64,000 bases of DNA, taken from contig OZ287070.1 in the NCBI GenBank assembly GCA_965645245.1, positions 806,001-870,000 on the forward strand. Direction: 5' to 3'. Both the position numbers and the translations under genes were made by a program. The DNA is from Massalongia carnosa (taxonomy: Eukaryota). Below the pieces are notes generated by a model. That model was not told the DNA's origin. It saw nothing but the letters and a program-made list of their open reading frames with translations, and ran no database searches. Each line of letters begins with the position of its first letter. Positions within the stretch are counted from its first letter, which is position 1. Shown in pieces: positions 35,806 to 50,499 of this stretch.

Positions 35806-38800
35806 ATGGACTTGACTGACAGTGACGATGACCTGGATATTGTAAAACTTGTGAGGAAAGATTTTGGAAGGGACAAAAAGCTTAAAAGTACGATAAAGCA
35901 TCAATCCTAGAATTTTCTTCTGGGCAGAGCTGACACATCTCACTACAAGATCTCATTACCCCTAGGTCCGACACCGAATCAAGCAATAGCGAAGACCAAG
36001 ATGGCACGACAAGACCACAAACACATGAAGCTAATGCAGAAGGAGAAAAGGTTGACTGGTCCGAGGATGATAACGAGGAGGCGTACAAACGGTTCAAGGA
36101 TAGGAAAGCTACAAAGAGGAAGCATGTGGCCGCCAGTACGCGGAAAGCCAACGCAGTAAGGGAAGATTCTGCCAAGGCGAATGGAAGCAAAAGAAGAAAA
36201 ATGAAGCCTGTAAGCAACGGGCAGGCAAAGAACGTGAGGGTACATGGTGATGATGCCGATGATGACCCCATGGAGCACGCTTTGCCAGACTACCTCCAGA
36301 GCCGGCGGGTCCGATTTGACCAGCGAGTTGAGAAGTTAAAGGATTATGGGCTGAAGCTGCCGCCTAGCTACGATGATGTGGAATTCTCGGACGACGAGAG
36401 ACTTGAGGATTTGGCCGAGAGACCTAATTTCCCCCGAGCTACGGCACCAGCAAAATACAAGGATAAACAGCTGCCCACTCTTGGCTTAATCCCCGCGGCG
36501 ATTGCTCAGTGGTTGCGAGACTATCAGGTGGAAGGAACTGCATTTCTCCATTCGTTGTTTGTGTACCAAACAGGAGGCATATTAGGGGATGACATGGGAT
36601 TGGGAAAGACGGTGCAGGTCATAGCATTCTTGACTGCGGCATTTGGAAAGGCCGGCGATGAGCGAGATATCAAGCGGATGCGAAAAATACGCAGAGCGGG
36701 TACAGGGTGGTATCCTCGAGTCTTGATCGTGTGCCCCGGAACGTTGATCGAGAACTGGAAAACCGAACTGAATCGTTGGGGTTGGTGGCATGTTGATGTT
36801 TATCATGGCGATAAAAGAGAAGGTGCCATACAGTCGGCCAAAGCGGGACGGATTGAGATTATGATCACCACCTACAATACGTATCGGATGAACAAAAGCG
36901 TTATCAACATGGTTGAATGGGACTGTGTCGTTGCTGATGAGTGCCATATCATCAAAGGGCGAAAATCTGAGACTACGGAGGCCATGAATGAGGTGAACGC
37001 TCTTTGTAGAATAGGTCTCACTGGCACTGCAATACAAAACTCCTACGACGAGTTGTGGACTCTACTCAACTGGACGAATCCTGGGAAGTTTGGCCCTGTC
37101 TCAACTTGGAAAACGAGCATCAGCGAGCCCCTGAAGATAGGCCAATCCCACGATGCTACAGTCCATCAGCTGAGCAAGGCTCGCAAAACAGCGAAAGCGC
37201 TCGTTGAAAACCTTCTTCCGCAATTCTTTCTCCGCCGCATGAAAAGCATTATTGCCGATCAGCTCCCCAAGAAAAGCGATAGGGTTGTTTTCTGCCCTCT
37301 CACCGACACCCAGGCCGATGCCTACGAGAACTTCGTCGACAGCGATATGATCCAGTACATCAAGACTTCCATCGATCCTTGTACCTGCGGCTCGGGGAAG
37401 AAATCCGGATGGTGCTGCTACATGCTCCTTCCAAACGGTGGCAAATGGCAATCTTATGTATTTCCAGCCATCATGAACCTCCAAAAACTCAGCAACCATG
37501 TAGCTATTCTGATCCCACAGAGCGCTGATTCCAAAGAAAAGCAAGACAAAGACCTCGAAATGCTCCAAATTGCCGTCCCGGACCAATGGCGTGAGCTTTA
37601 TCGAACCCGAGACTCGCTCCTCAACTATACAGAACCAGAATTCTGCGGTAAATGGAAGATCCTCAAGAAACTCCTTCGCTTCTGGCATTCAAACGGTGAT
37701 AAGGTCCTCGTTTTCTCGCATAGCGTGCGGCTCCTCCGAATCCTGCAAATGCTCTTCCACCTCACGTCATATAACGTCTCGTACCTTGATGGCACAATGA
37801 CCTACGAAGACCGTGCCAAAACTGTTGATGACTTCAATAGCGATCCCGGCCAGTTTGTCTTTCTGATCAGCACGAAAGCCGGTGGTGTGGGCCTTAACAT
37901 CACATCAGCCAACAAAGTTGTCGTCGTCGATCCGAACTGGAACCCAGCCTACGATCTGCAGGCACAAGACCGCGCCTACCGCATCGGCCAATCCCGCGAC
38001 GTTGAAGTCTTTCGTCTCGTGTCGGCCGGCACGATCGAGGAGATTGTGTACGCGCGTCAGATTTACAAACAGCAGCAGGCCAACATCGGGTATACGGCTA
38101 GCAGCGAGCGTCGCTACTTCAAGGGCATCCAAGAGAATAAGACGCAAAAGGGCGAAATCTTTGGCCTGGCAAACCTCTTCGCATTTCAGGGCGATAACAT
38201 TGTCCTGCGTGACATAGTCAATAAAACCAACGTCGCCGAATCCAAAGCCGGCGTCTCCGTCGTCGGTCTGGACCTCGATACCTCCCCGGTCGATGACCTT
38301 TTACTTCCAACCACCACCCTTGACCACCATGACGAAGAAGATCCTGCAATGAGCCAACTCGCCGCCCTGGTCGCTGCAGGCGGCTGCGACGAGGACGCAG
38401 ACGATACGCTGGACCCTAAAGCAAGCCGCAAAGCACACACGGCCGCACGTATCCTAGCCAAAAAGAGCGATCCCGTGCAAGCCATCCTTGCGAGCGCGGG
38501 CGTTGAGTACACGCATGAGAACGCGCAGGTCGTGGGCTCCTCGCGCGTGGAGACTAGTCTTAGCAGGCGGGCGCAGGAATCCCTGCACAAGCTCAATTCC
38601 CTGGTGGGCGATGGGCGTGTGTTTGCGCCTGAAACCCAGGGCGAGAGGATTGATGATGGCGACCGTGGTGGCTATCCATATGCTGCTGGTGAGGATGGTG
38701 GCGGTGATGGTGATGCGCAGTTACTTTCCAGCGACACTGCAAACAGCGGCAAGAAGGACCTCGACGGGGCAGGACAAAGAGAAAGGAGAAAGAGGAAAAT

Positions 38801-38990
38801 CAAATACCGCTACCACCCGCCCCTAGAAGTGCAGAAGAGGCAGCTGTGCACGATGGCGCAGACGTTTGGGTTCGCGGACGCGTGCGAGTTCGCGCTTGTG
38901 GTGGAGGGATGGACGCAGGCGCAGCGGAGAGGGTGTTTGGAGAGATTTTATCGCGAGAGAAGGGAGGGGTTGGAGAAGGGGGAGATATAA
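35806..38990 (+). CDS. SNF2-family DNA repair helicase, ERCC6L2/Rad26-like
   Basis: GGILGDDMGLGKT, DECH, TGTAIQN, STKAGGVGLN, QAQDRAYRIGQ, and a VIGSSK-like segment (YTHENAQVVGSSRVE). Exon 1 at 35806-35887 with intron 35888-35949. Confidence 0.9.
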
Positions 38991-39884
38991 GGGTTGGAAT
39001 GTCGGAGGACCTAGGGACGGGTGTATTTGTGGGGGGTTAAATCTGTGGGATTGGGGATCTGGTGGAGAGGGGTTCTGGATGAACGGAGGGATGGGCCAAC
39101 TGGTTCTTTCTTATGCGCGGTGTTTTTATGGTTGGGGCATTGATACCCTTTGAAATTTATACCCTGCGAATTGTGCATAGATTACCCCTCAACCCATCTC
39201 TCTTTCCATTCGTTTACCAATTATATTGTACCATCCGCTTCTTGCTTCTTTACCATGAAAGACAAAAACCCTTCGCCGTCGACCGTATCGACAAGGGAAG
39301 AAATAACTTATTCCCCCCTCCCCCCCCCCCTTTTCCCTTCCTGTAGGCCTCGTATGGATCGTATTCCTCTTTCATGGGGTATCTTCTTCTTCTTCTCGAG
39401 GGAGAGAAGGGTTTGAAAAGAAAGAAAAAATAAAACGTACATACACACATATACATACATACACCCACGCAAAACGGTATCGATCGTGGGGGGTTTAAAT
39501 CATGACTAACTCTGTAGGACGAGCGAGGTTTGAGGAAACAAGGAATATGGTGTTCCCCCCCCCCCTGCCCCCTTTATTGACGAATCGATACTTGATTGAA
39601 CAAAAGCGATTGTTCCTCTTTGCTTTTGTTCATTCGTTCGGTTTGGGGTTTTTTCCCTTAGATTGGGGGATTTTTTTCTTTAGCGGGAGGAATACGAGAC
39701 TTGGACGATGGAAGGAGATGGCAACGAGGGTTGACGATGGAGGAGACCGTGCGTGGATGGATGGGAAAAGAGACCTCAGGAGGCTCCAGGAGTAACGCTA
39801 GGGCCTTTGTCGATAAGTTCTTTCAACCTTTGCAAAACCGTTAAACACCACCCCCGCGCACTCTCCAAGCCCGCACAAAAGTCC

Positions 39885-41722
39885 TCATCTCCCAAAAACT
39901 CTCCTCTCCACGCTCCTGAGCCCTGCATACGCCACCCCGGCGAACCCAAATGCGCACTCAAAGCCCACATCCCCACCAAACCCCTCTAGCCCAATTCGTC
40001 CTCCAATGGGACCAATGAACCACACCTGCGCCATACCCAGCACGGCGCCTGCGACGCCGAGTGCGAAGGCGAGCGTGGCGGCGATGCCGGGGGGGAGGAG
40101 GGCCGGGGAGGTGTATATCTGGGGGTCGTACCGGCGGGGGCGGGGGTGGAAGAGGAAGTGCTCGGTAAGGGAAATGGCGGTGTAGATAGATAACCAGTAA
40201 CCCTAGGGTTTGGGGGGTTGGGAGGGTTAGCAGGGCGAGAAAAAAGTAGGAAGGAGCAGCGGTGGGTCAGTCTTTGGGAAGGGAGGGGTTTGATGAAAAA
40301 ACTTAAGGGGAAGGGAAAAGAAGATAGAAAGGCAACATACGATCAACAGCATAAAATTCTCTAGCACGCTCTCGAAATGCGAGTAGCCCGGGATGGCGAT
40401 CGCGCAATACACAACCGTGCCGACCAAGGTCCACAGAAACCGAGGCACAACCTGTGTCCACTGACCCATGATCTGCAGGCTGAAGGTTAAGCTATAGATG
40501 TTGGGGCAATTGCTGGCGATGATGCTGAGTGCTAAGATCACCAGGCAGAAATCCCCAAAGCGGCCCAGAGGAGGGACCAGCACCGCGGCGAGCAAGCCGC
40601 CGACGCCAGAACTTTTGTAGCCGTCGTAGTACGGGTTAACGTTCCCCGGGGTGCTGGCGGGCACATAAGCGGTCGCGACCGCCAATCCAAGGATTTCCGT
40701 GAAGAGCAGGGGAAAGATCAAGCCGCCGTAAGTCCAGACGAAGACTTTGACTCGTGAGACCGTAGCGGGTTGGTAGACGGTATAGTCGGCCGCAAAGCTC
40801 GTCCAGCCGGTGCCGAAGCCAAAGACACTCGCAGCGAAACTGAGAACTGAACCAATTTCTGCATCGCCAACGCCCATGGGTAATTTTTGGAAGGCGCCTG
40901 AGCGGGCAAACTCACCGATGACGATCAGGAAGACGATGAAACTGGGAATCCACGAGTAGGATTCGTAGTAATGGACGGCTTCGTAGCCGAAGAGCGTGAC
41001 GATGAACGTCACGGCGGCTGTGATGATGATGCCTGCGTAGCCCGGAATATACGAGCTAACTGCGTTCAAAAGTTGCGCGCCGACTATAACATTAACGGCA
41101 CTCCAACCAATGCAGGCCAGGATGTTGAAGATAGCCACTTTCCTTGTGTGATCAGTCATCATCCCCTAAGAACACGGAAGGGGGGGCTCACCAATTTTCA
41201 CAAGCTGAAAGCCAAAGTAGTAACGCGAAAGGATAATCTGACGTAGGCCATAGCGAGGGCCAAAGGTGGAGAAGAAGGCAACAGGGGTGATGGCAAGCAG
41301 GTTTATAAAGATGATTGTAAGCAGCGAATCAACAAAGCCAAGATGAAATACTGTGACAGCGAGCGCGCCAACGGCGAACGTAGAGACCACCATGTTGGCC
41401 GAAAGCCACTACATAGCACCCAGCAATATCAGCATTAACACGCCCGCCAGCTTTGATAGTGTAAAAGGCCTACCATCGTGCCTGCTTTGGTCAGGCTTTT
41501 ATCCGTCCTCTCATCTTCAGGAACCCTCTCGATGCCCCTCTGTTCAATTTTGTATTTCCCGGCAAAACGTTGAAGCTTGGCATATGCTGAGTTACCCTCT
41601 GTAAAGGCATTGTTGGAGATAGTAGCTTCGTCCGTATGCAAAAGTTGGGAGAGCCTTGCCTGCTTCTCCTGATTCCCTCGTTCCAAATCTTGTGGCCCTA
41701 TAGTGTATTTGCTTAAAGCCAT
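39885..41722 (-). CDS. FCY2: Purine-cytosine permease (NCS1, Fcy-type)
   Basis: IEQRGIERVPEDER, WLSANMVV, TFGPRYGLRQ, ADYTVY, NCPNIYS, ENFMLLIGYWL, GGDVGFE. Three introns (~41410-41473, 41138-41191, ~40204-40339). Confidence 0.9.
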
Positions 41723-42877
41723 TATCCTTGCTTGCAGGATACCGGAACGGCAACGTGACAAGAAATGTTGGACGTCAAAGGAAACACGGAAGATCAACGC
41801 AGACAGTTGGCGAAAGACAAAGACGAGCGAGTGTCAAACATACAAACCGAACGCCCACGTAGGTCCCACAGCGTGCTTTTGCCTAAGAGTTCGAAGGCTG
41901 CGATGGATCGGCAGTTATGTGAACTTGGACATTTGTTTCATTTTCGCAATAAGAAGCTCGAACGGTGAGACCCTTATACTGTAATCTTCCATGGAATGGG
42001 GGTTAACGTTCATAAAATGCTGAATCTTGTAGAATCACCAAGGCGGGAAGTTAATCCCTATCCTGCACTCCGTAAAGAGTACCCAGTCTCCATCGACCTG
42101 CGTTTCGAGGGCCTCGCCAGCTTGCGCTCCTTGCACTTGCAGATGCCGGATAGATTCCTTGCTTTTGCCGGGGGGTTGGCACAGGGGGTTGATGATTTGA
42201 CGGAACACTGCATGCAGGTTGAGGGAGGAGAAGTGCGTTAAAAAACCCGGGATGGGGACGCACATGAGAAAAGCGTTGCGTTTGGGTTATTATGCGAGTG
42301 CTCTAGACGGAGTATGTGCGGGAGGAAGCCGGAAGAAGAAGAAGAAGATGGATGTGATAAGAAAACTCGTTTGGGGATCCAATCACGCTCGTCCTCCTCA
42401 ACGCACGTCATCCTCCGCTTGCCGAGTCTGAGTCCGGTCCGGGAAAAGATTGCGGGAAGGCAACGACGTTCATGCCCCAATGATCGTGATATCCCCAGAA
42501 GGCCACGGTCAAGGCTAAACGCTTCAGAGGCACAACGAGAACGAGAAGTTGGAGTTGGAATGCGGTGCTCTGGCTTCAAGCACTCATGCCGATACTCAAT
42601 CGAGTAGGTATGTACGGAGTACATACATGACCATGATGAAATGGCGTGCGGCAAATATGAATGCAAGGTGTGCAGGATGCGATTTGCCATTCCATGCGTC
42701 GCGTGGAACAAAGAATCCCCGTCATGCAAACACATACAAGTACAAAAAAGTCGCCCCGCCAACATCCCGAGTCTATGTAACGCCGTAGATGGCCTCCAAG
42801 AAAGTCCAACCACGAAGACAACCAGATCGGTGATGAATCCTGTAAGTAAGCTCCCCCACCCATTACACTCCATATTG

Positions 42878-45738
42878 TCATCGGGAATCATCGTCGTTGC
42901 CCTCCCCACCCTCGACAAGACCTAACTGTAATACTAACTCTGTCGTCTGCTTTGCCGCCGAAAAACAGAGCGGTGGCAGCGTACTGGCAAACTCCTTCCA
43001 CTTCGCCGCGTCGGCGATATCCTCGCTCTCCGCGTTGGCATCCATGAGCCTGCTGCGACTCTCCACCAGCGAATGAATAGCCGGATCTAGCCGTGCACGT
43101 AAAGCGGCGTTGTCGGCGGCATTGGTAGCCCGCTGGGTTTCACCAACGACTTTGCCGATAATTGATGCGATGTCGCTGAGATACCCTCGGACACCCAGGG
43201 GATTGTCGTTTGCGCGGACGCCGCTGACCAGGGCTTGGATGGACTGTAAGAGTACTTCCTTCTGGTCATCAAGGGATGTCTATGCCAGTTAGCTTCTATA
43301 TCTAGTTAAAAATAATCAATGAAGATCTCTACCTTTAGCTCCTGGATCTCACTGGCTGGTACGAGTAGTCCAAGCCCGGCGCTCGGTGCGGTTTCAGGCT
43401 GCAGTCCGTGCGGTGGCCCGTCCTGTGAAGACGGTTTCCGAGTAGGGTATGTATTGTTTGCCAGACTGTTGGCTTTTGAAGTCGGTGGCTGAGGGGAACT
43501 AATGGCAGTGTAGATCGACTCGCCTCCACCGCTTGACCTATCAAACTGAATACCGTAATACGCGGGAGATTCGGCAATGAAGCTGCTGTCATCATCGTCT
43601 TCAGGCTCTAGCGGAGGAGCCGGTTCGATCTTAACAAACTGGATAATATTCATCACCGCGGATGTCAGATGGGAAGCTGCTGCATCAAGAAGTGAAATGG
43701 GCGAGAGTCCATGTGAGATAGCGAAGTTCTTGGCTGCTGTGATTAAGTTGTTTGCGGTGGCAGAAATCTTTGACCTGAGTTTGGTTCTTTGCTGCGCTTG
43801 CTCGTCCTCGTTCACCGACCCGTTCCTAACATCTTGGTTGATATTTCGAACAGCCATCACAACCGACTTGACATGGGCGAGAACAGATTTAGGCTCGCTT
43901 CCGCGTGCCGCTCTTAATAGCTCGTCAATTGCAATCTGATATTTAGTTACGTGCAGCTGCTTGATCAACCCTCCTGGTTCGGTGAAGCCCTCAAGCTGTT
44001 TCATGTCAGGCTGTTGTAAAGAGAGCCCAAGAGAGGAGGCGCGTAGATTTCGTAATTGTGTCTTTGTTCGAGCATAGCGGTTTTTCCACTCCGTGACCTG
44101 GTCTTCCAGCCTGTGTACCTGAGTCACTAGATTCTCCTCGCGGTCGTAAGATTGACCGCTGCGTACAGAGAGTACCTTCATCTCGTCCAGGAACGAAGCG
44201 GCTTCCTGTTTGACTTCGTTCGTGACATTCTGTTGTTGCTTAAGCTCCGTTTGTAGTACATGATGAGCTTTGTCAAGGTTCTCAAACCGGGTCCTCCATT
44301 CATGATCTCCCGTATCCTGTCCCCTCCTGTTTTGATCCTTTTGAGACTTCAGCTCCCGTTCCATTTCCGCGTGGCTCGCCCTGACTTTTTCTAACTCCGA
44401 ATGTAGATTGTTATTGAGCTCCAGAGCGTCTCTGAGTTTACATTCGAGATCAGAACGTAAATCTGCCCATTGCTCTCGTGCTGCGTTGTCCGTCTAGAAG
44501 GACTTTCATGTCAGAAAATAGCGAGGAGTAGAGTATAGATCTCTTACATTTTCGTTGCTACGGTTGGTTTCCTGGAGTTTCCCTATTGCTGAATCTTTAT
44601 CACGAACAATTCTTTCTAGCTCACTGACCTTCTCTTGAAGCTCACCGAACCGCGTCTCAGAGCCGGCTGAAGTTTTTTGATGTCTCTCAACTCCACCAAC
44701 GCTGCGAAGTGTGTTTGCCGTTCCTCGCTCGCTTCTACGGGCATCACTTCTCCGATCGTCATTATCCTCAGGACCAGTTTGGTCGTCGTCGTCCTCCACA
44801 AGGGTGCTTTTATTTGGTACGATCGTATTGCTCTGGAATGTCTTAGCCGTAGGCCTCTCATAGTTCTCTTCAGACGCTACAGCTCCGGGTATTGCTAGAC
44901 TGGAAAGCGCCTGGCCTCCAAGCGATGCTTTCCTTGGAGCGAACCCTCCTCCGGTGCCTGGGGGTTGTCTTGCTGGGCCCGGTCCTCGAGAGCCAGATCG
45001 CATGCCATTTGGAGTCCCTTGACGACTCGGGGGGCCTATCACGCTGGGAGCAGGGCTCCCAGTTCTGTCGATGTCCCCACCTGTAAATCTTGGAAATCTA
45101 CGCTCAAGTTCATAGAAAACATCGGTCGCAAGATCCCGAAACCGTGGAGGAGGCAAAGTAGCTAGCTTCTGACGCGCTTGATTTCGCTTTGGATGGAAGT
45201 TATCCTTCGGAAGCAAATACGTAGGGACTTGGCCTGGTCCGTTCGTCTGTGGTCCGCCAGCACTTTGTCTTCGTAGAAGCTCGTCGTATACATCCGTACT
45301 CAATTCCTGAAATTGCACAGGTGATAACCGCAAAAGCTTGTCCCTCGCTCTATTTGGTTTCGGGTTTCCCTTCTCATCCCGCAACGACTGGGCGAGATAC
45401 CTATTCAATATTGCGTAGTGCCGTGCCAGGCTTTCCTCCATTATAAAAGTTTTCCTCCTCTGTCCTTCGGAGATATTGGTGCCATAACTCGATCGGGCAA
45501 TTGAATTTGGGGGAGAGGGATTCCCCGTGTCGCCGCTCGGTCGACGGTTTCCTCCACTAGGAAGGAGTCCATGAAGACCGTTTGACGAGCCAGAGATTGG
45601 AGGGGTGGCAAGGTTACCGCGATTTTTGGTAAGTAAAGGAGAAAAAGATGAAGAGTCGTTGTTTTGATATCGAGAGATGCCTGACCATTCGCTGCCCTCC
45701 GCAGATACTGGCGAGAACGTTCCTGAGCGACCATTCAT
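42878..45738 (-). CDS. SPA2: Polarisome scaffold Spa2
   Basis: Two Spa2-homology (GIT_SHD) repeats (RARDKLLRLSPVQFQELSTDVYDEL; RNQARQKLATLPPPRFRDLATDVFYELERR) and a coiled coil. Introns 44494-44547 and 43280-43332. Confidence 0.92.
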
Positions 45739-47117
45739 CGTAGCAAACCAGTAATTTCATGTAATATAGATCGCATAGAGCCAGCAGTTATTTAGCATTC
45801 ATATTTGGCTCTGGATCATCGTGAGGATTAGCGCTGCAATGATTAACATGAAAGATTCTCATGATCTTACTCAGGTTATTACAGGTGATGCGTCGCTAAG
45901 GTCAGTCACTCCTTTCACCTCAGGAAAGCGTAGCTAAGTGAAGCAGGTGCAACAAAGCAAATAAAATTAAGATAGATGAAGCGCGATTTGGAACGATGCT
46001 CTCGGTCTCTGCACTCCTCGTACCAGTTGTATTGGCTGTGCTATTTATCTGAACGGGATCTGGTAGAGAATAGTATTCTGTACTTTGTACAGAGTAAAGC
46101 TGATGCATTAAAATTGGCGTGTAAAGTCGAGCCAATGAGCGTCTTCAGCGCCTGAGATGCCTTGGCAGTGAGCACAGGGTCCACCTAAGCTACCCGAGCC
46201 TCCCCTAGCCTGAGCCTGGCACGCGCCTCCGCTCTTGTGTTAGTGGACCACATTCTTCCACTCTTTGCTTGCAATATCAATTCTGTACAGAGTCTACCAC
46301 GTCCCTTTCAACTAATAATCTCTACTATGAGAAGCCCCAGTGTGAACGTGTTCATTTTTTGCAAGCCCACTACTTTGCGCGCTTTCTGAACGCCCGGAAG
46401 ATAATTAAAGTACCGTAAGCGTCACCGGGAACTCTACACAACAGCGCAACGAGCATCTTGCAAACTCAATCTACTACTTTTACCACCAATTTTACCCTTA
46501 GAAACCATATGCGAAACTAACCAGCATTGATTGTAACTTATAACGTTTAACATGAGCATTGAAAGGCTAGTACCCTACTCGGTACAACGGAGACATATCT
46601 ATAGCCACGGGAAACTTCACAGAGTGAGCTTGAAAGGATATCAGCTTAGATTCACAAATACAATATTGGCACTCAAGGCAAACCATTATTCATGGACTTT
46701 CGCTTTCCCGCCAGCGTCTCGTCGGTCTCAACCATTTTTGAGCCTTACGATCCTACTTGAAAGAGTGTAGCAGGGTGATGCTGGGTAACTTAGTGTAGGA
46801 ATAAATCATAACGTTTTTTGAGCTGTTGAAAGTAAAACCCCAAGAGAAGCGCTATTATCCGGGTTTTGTTGCCCAATAGGGCTAGTATTGCCGTTGCCAA
46901 ATGAAAAGCTGGTGAAAACTTCCAAAAAGCGTCTTCAGGGCTTGTTCCAACCTAAAGTCTCCTGATCCTCTTTTCCATCTCTATAGAGTCTTCCCAGGGC
47001 TTTCATTCAATTCTGTAAAATATAATCGTTCATATCTCTCGTGTCTACCAATGAAACTTCTTCAAACTCAACGAGTTCACCCGTTCAAACCCAGCTACTA
47101 GGCTGAAAATACTCTCA

Positions 47118-47993
47118 ATGTTAACTGAAACAATCCCTGCTCAGCCGAGTGAGGCAGCTCTTCCATATTACCTTTTCAATATTCCAGAAACAGAATGGCC
47201 CAAGGAATGTCCCAATTTCCTCCGCAACATATCTGAGCGAGACCGTGAGATGATGAGCATACCTGATGAACAGTATCGCCGCCTGCCGTGGGAAGAAGTA
47301 CAGGAAATTATCAGTAGCGGAAAACTTGCCTTGTAAACCTGTGCTAAACCTGTTAACAATGACCAGGAAACAACCATCTTGAGCTCTTCAAACGTTTGCC
47401 GTCTGATATTCGGAAGTATATAGCCTATACTACTAAGCTTAAAGAGGATTATGGATCTGTTGCGAGGTTCGTACTTGAGAAACGATTGCAATGGAAAGAT
47501 CTGGAGCCACGAGACGCTGATCCATTCAATAATCCTGATACCAGTAAGGGACGCTCACACAACTTTGCCTTGTATAGATTATTAATAGTAGCTTCTACAG
47601 ATGACATCAAAATTCTATACAACGATTGGCCATATGGTATTGACCAGAGGATTATCCATCTGGTTGTGTGGACGAAGTTTGTGTTAGAAGAGGACCCTGT
47701 GACAGAAGATTTGACGGCTCGTGCAAGAAAGGAAATAGATGACTATGTTGGGCGGAAATTTCGCGAGGGTGTTTCATCTGAAAGAGTAGATATTCCCAGC
47801 CTGCTAACAGAGGCCACTTTTGTGGTTCATGTTTGCTAACGACTCTTCAAAGGTTATCTGGTTCAAAAACTGGAAATCATTAAAGTCAGTACATGCCGTT
47901 GAGCATTTCCATGTCATGCTGTACGACCCAGATCCAATTTTTATCAAGAAGATTACCAACGGAGACTTGCCAGTAAGTCAAAGGTTGGAATGA
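47118..47993 (+). CDS. GIG1: GlcNAc-induced protein Gig1-like (DUF3605)
   Basis: [22 protein letters not shown] and [23 protein letters not shown]. Three introns. Confidence 0.82.
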
Positions 47994-48475
47994 AATTGTA
48001 TAATTGTGCTTCTTGTAGGTGGACGTGGGAGCTCTGACGTATAGATATCGAACTAGTCGGACGGAATGTGAGTTTCTAGATTGAGCTTCTGTTCATGTAA
48101 TAATCCGTGACGTTTCTGGACCTTCGTGTAGGGGCAAGTTCATGTGTGGCAAAGATAATTTTAGAAGTACGGAGCAGTGGGAGTACTCTTGTACTAATGC
48201 TCCGAGGTCTGGACGGAGTTACGGAATGCGAAAACGCCGAGGGCGGGAGGCGCAAATCCTTGCGATGCAACCATAGCCGAAAGTGCGTCACAAACGTAGG
48301 TACTCTGTCATCTGTACTTGGAGGCTTAACCTGGGGTATCCGCACCTGGGTGCCTTGAATTCTCAACTTGACAATCTAGGCGCATCTTGCCTTGAGTTTC
48401 CTTTGGCTTCCGAGGTATTACAATCAACCCGACAACCCACAGAGTTTAAATTTTTTTTGAGGTGGACTTTCAAAC

Positions 48476-50499
48476 ATGGCCCTCGGCCATGTCACCCACG
48501 GCCATGGACACCGGCGCATGTCGCTGAACAGTATGTCCTCGTTCTTACATCCTCGATGCCTAGCCTAGCAGGCACAGATAAGCTTCATGACTTACATGGC
48601 CGATGCTGATTAACTGTTTTGTTTCATAGAAAACTCAGGCGACGAGTCTCGACCCGATAGTGCTGGCGGTGAAGATGAAACTGGTAAATTTTTCACTCGT
48701 ACGAGATTTGAATGATGAAAGCTAATGGGGATCCAGTTGTTGAGCCTGATCAAGGCAACGGTCAGTCTGCAACTGCGCATTAGACCTGATCATACACTTG
48801 CTGAACACCTTTTGTCTGCCATAAGTACTTTCACACATCATTTCACAGCTGCGGCCGGGGGCGGATCTAAGTAGAGTTGTTCTTCCGACATTCATATTGG
48901 AGCCTAGATCTATGCTGGAGAGAATTACAAAGTATCTGGCCCCCAAGGCTTTATAACACTCTGGCTGATCTCGACGATTGAAGCTTCATGGCCCATCCTG
49001 AAACTCTTCTACCAATGTCAGACATTGACGACCCGATTCAGCGGTTTGTATCTGTAGTCAAATTCTACTTAAGTGGTTGGCACATCAAACCTCCGTACAT
49101 AACCCTAGTCTCAAATGTCAGGGGCTTGTAAACTAACATCGGATAGCGGAGTGAAGAAGCCTTTGAATCCAATACTTGGGGAGACCTTTACTTGTTACTG
49201 GGATTACCCAAATCGTAGCCAAGGCTACTATATCTCGGAACAAACGTCACACCATCCACCGAAGTCCAGCTATTTCTTCATGGCGCCAGAGCATAATGTT
49301 CGGATTGATGGAGTTCTGAAACCCCGAAGTAAATTTTTAGGAAACTCCGCCGCTAGTCTAATGGAAGGGATAGCATTTTTGAGGTTGATGAATCGAGGTG
49401 CTGGTCAAGGTGGTGAGAAATAGTACGTCGTCAATCTAATAACATCTGTTGTCGAAGAACCAGTTGGCTGAAATATATTCTCCAAGCGCAGTATTCTCAC
49501 ACAGCCTAATATGTACGCACGGGGTATTCTCTTTGGTAAGATGAAATACGAACTGGGGGATCACAGCTTCGTCCGGTGCCCTGAGCACCACTTGGTAGCG
49601 GACATCGAGTTCAAGACAAAGGGCTACTTTGGTGGAACATATAATGCTATCGGTGGTGTTATCAAGAATGAAAGCACCGGAGAAATTCTATTTGAAATAT
49701 CTGGTATGTGGAGTGGAGAAATGGTATTGAAGAATGTTTTGGTACACTCAAACTGCCCCCTCGCACAGACAATATACTAAGACTCACAGACTGGCCACAA
49801 GGAAATCTTATTTGATGCGAAGAACGCGAAACACACACCCCCTCTGGTGCGGCCGCTGGAAGAGCAAGAAGATCGTGAATCTCAAAAGCTGTGGCAGAGC
49901 ACTATAGTTGCTATCATCGATAGGAATCATGACGTGGCTACGGATGAAAAGACTAAGGTGGAGGATATGCAGCGGGAAGAAGCGGCCAAAAGGGCGGAGC
50001 TTGGAGTTGAATGGCATCCAAGACTTTTTCGAAAAGTCCGTGGCGGGCCAGGTGGATCCGAAGAGGGCGAGGAAGACCTTGATTGGATTCTCAACGCTGA
50101 AATGTTCGCCATCCGCTTGCGTTGCCCTTATGCTTCTCCTTCAGTGATGCTAACCTCAGTAGCGACGGCCCTACCCCTGACATTAAATCGCAGCAGATAC
50201 GAGCCGTGACCCCTATCGTAAGAGGTCAACCTTCGCCGTATCCTCCCAATTCGTTCCCCCCCCATGCTCAACCTCCCCAACCAATTCCTCCCGCTCAAGG
50301 TGATCTCATTGATTTCGGCGAAACAGCTGCAGAACTTGCTCCTTTGCACCAATTACCTGAGCAGAATATTCTTGCACAGCAACCTGCAAGCGCACACCGA
50401 GGATATCAACAAACCCTCGACCCAAATATGGGTCACCCAATCATAAGACACGATACTGAAACGAGTGAAGTGGACGAGTTTGTTGACGCAAAATCATGA
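48476..50499 (+). CDS. Oxysterol-binding protein homolog (Osh6/Osh7-like)
   Basis: LRPGADLSRVVLPTFILEPRSMLERIT, VKKPLNPILGETF and the OSBP signature EQTSHHPP. About 8 introns, including a 23-nt micro-exon at 48738-48760. Confidence 0.9.

Noticed and set aside
41750..42870. TPP riboswitch or extra gene upstream of the NCS1 permease
   Set aside because: No TPP aptamer consensus is visible, and the ORFs (including the 226-aa one) look like UTR/promoter sequence.
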